Shown here: positions 62,665-64,000 of the stretch, one piece after another | Layout of the letters: every line of letters begins with the position of its first letter | Position numbering within the stretch: position 1 is the first letter of the stretch | Assembly (NCBI GenBank): GCA_965203315.1 | Contig: OZ241857.1 | Span: forward strand, 800,001-864,000 | From: Nitrosopumilus sp. | GTDB taxonomy: Archaea > Thermoproteota > Nitrososphaeria > Nitrososphaerales > Nitrosopumilaceae | Direction of reading: 5' to 3' | DNA: 64,000 bases | Notes under the pieces: generated by a model | What the model was told of the DNA's origin: nothing | The model's input: only the letters and a program-made list of their open reading frames with translations | The model's database searches: none | Translations under genes and position numbers: made by a program

Positions 62665-62686
62665 CTTTCTCTTTTTTTCTTTTTTT
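62665..62686 (+). terminator. oligo-T terminator of S-layer gene 2
   Basis: T-rich run after the stop codon. Confidence 0.6.
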
Positions 62687-62916
62687 ATATGATATAGCAA
62701 TGCATAGTAATAGCTGCATATGGTAAAGATAACAGTAATCGTATGTGATAGCACTACATACATCACGTTATAATACAATGATCTCTACTCTTACATTATA
62801 CAATATTGCTCATTCACAAGATACTTGATACGAGAGATCTGAATTTGGTGCGTAGGACGATAGACTACAAAACATCATGCTAAACTTTACACAGGCACAT
62901 TGCACAGCCTGTACAA

Positions 62917-62955
62917 TTATTCATGTTATTGATGTTTCTTTCAAAAGTTTGTATT
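62917..62955 (-). repeat. S-layer cassette 2 right inverted-repeat site
   Basis: 23-bp perfect inverted partner of 57760-57782; looser similarity extends to AATACAA. Confidence 0.9.
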
Positions 62956-62980
62956 TAAAGACTGTGAACGATTTGTTCAC
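62948..62980 (-). promoter_or_regulatory. second S-layer promoter copy, pointing into the 3' flank of slaA copy 2
   Basis: 32 bp identical to 31026-31057; TATA 62952-62959; palindrome GTGAAC-N5-GTTCAC 62964-62980. Confidence 0.8.
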
Positions 62981-63317
62981 GCCAAGATTAAGACAAATGT
63001 TGTCTACTTGTCTTTGATATCATGTAGAGGCTCTACAATCAAGAGAGATTGGATGTTCCGTCAAAAACAATGTACAACTGTAATAGCGATCCAACAACAT
63101 GTATTGTACAAACAAATCAAAGAGCATAATCTTGACTACCATATCACCACCCCATAGCTTTTAGATACAACAGAAACTTTGAATTCACTCACTATACCAT
63201 GTTTAATTTTGGTACATTTATGAGATGTACATAATCAATAAGAAATGTGCATATACTCCAATACCAAAATGTGGTAGGTTGTCTAACTTTAAATCAAATG
63301 ATATCTTTTGACAAGTC

Positions 63318-64000
63318 ATGAAGAGTTTTAGAACACTACTAAAGGCAAGAGATCCACTGGTCATACCAGGCGTATACGATGCACTAGGAGCAAAGATAGT
63401 ACAGAATGTTGGATTTGATGCGATGTTTCAGACAGGGTATGGAACATCTGCTGCGCTGTTAGGGATGCCAGATTATGGATTTATTGGAAGAAGTGAGACT
63501 GTTGAGAATGCCAGACGAATATGTAATGCAACATCTACTCCAGTTATAGTTGATGCCGATACAGGATATGGAAATGCTTTGAGTGTTTGGAAGTTGGTAA
63601 GAGAGCTCGAGTCTGCAGGAGCGGCAGGGATGTTTCTAGAAGATCAGCGATGGCCAAAACGTTGCGGACATATGCAAGGAAAGGAGATCATATCACAGGA
63701 AGAGTATACAGAAAAGTTGGGAGCAGCAGTTGATGCAAGACAAGACTCCAACTTTGTGATCGTTGCGAGAACAGATGCAAGAGCAGTTGATGGTTTAGAT
63801 GCAGCAATAGACCGAAGTAAACAAAATCAAAAGACAGGTGCCGATGCAATATTCATTGAAGCGCCAAAGACCAAACAAGAGATGAGAGAGATAGGTAAAC
63901 GAATCAAAGCGCCGCTAGTTGCAAACATGATAGAGGGAGGTGCAACGCCATCAGGTACGGCTGCAGAATTAGGCGAGATGGGATTCAAGATCATACTGTA
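63318..64000 (+). CDS. isocitrate lyase/PEP mutase family protein (runs off the window)
   Basis: hand translation MKSFRTLL..PGVYDALGAK..DADTGYG..LEDQRWPKRCGH..ARTDA. Confidence 0.88.
   Translation, partial: MKSFRTLLKARDPLVIPGVYDALGAKIVQNVGFDAMFQTGYGTSAALLGMPDYGFIGRSETVENARRICNATSTPVIVDADTGYGNALSVWKLVRELESAGAAGMFLEDQRWPKRCGHMQGKEIISQEEYTEKLGAAVDARQDSNFVIVARTDARAVDGLDAAIDRSKQNQKTGADAIFIEAPKTKQEMREIGKRIKAPLVANMIEGGATPSGTAAELGEMGFKIIL

Overview
This is an AT-rich archaeal window typical of ammonia-oxidising Nitrosopumilaceae (Thaumarchaeota). Core genes include the 3HP/4HB-cycle acetyl/propionyl-CoA carboxylase, sdhABCD, argH, rfcL, rpoK, rps25e, a DUR3 urea transporter with ureG/ureD, and tRNA-Asp and tRNA-Lys. 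IS remnants and two MITE families are abundant, which would fit a host-associated lineage (inference). The main signal is two paralogous S-layer (SlaA-type) genes at 26227-31002 (-) and 57775-62658 (+). Each lies in a ~5 kb cassette bounded by inverted repeats that overlap the start codon. Both cassettes have an identical 32-bp TATA+operator promoter on the right flank and a TATA-less copy of the site on the left flank. The outer flanks share orientation but the inner cassettes are opposite, so copy 1 reads from its promoter (ON) and copy 2 points towards its promoter (OFF). This is the signature of DNA-inversion phase variation of an archaeal S-layer. No recombinase gene is in the window. Two paralogous secreted repeat proteins have poly-G tracts (G7, G13) between TATA box and start codon, a candidate second switch. 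A MITE-bounded composite element with an 8-bp target duplication carries an IS5 pseudogene, an intact IS66-family element and a toxin-antitoxin pair.
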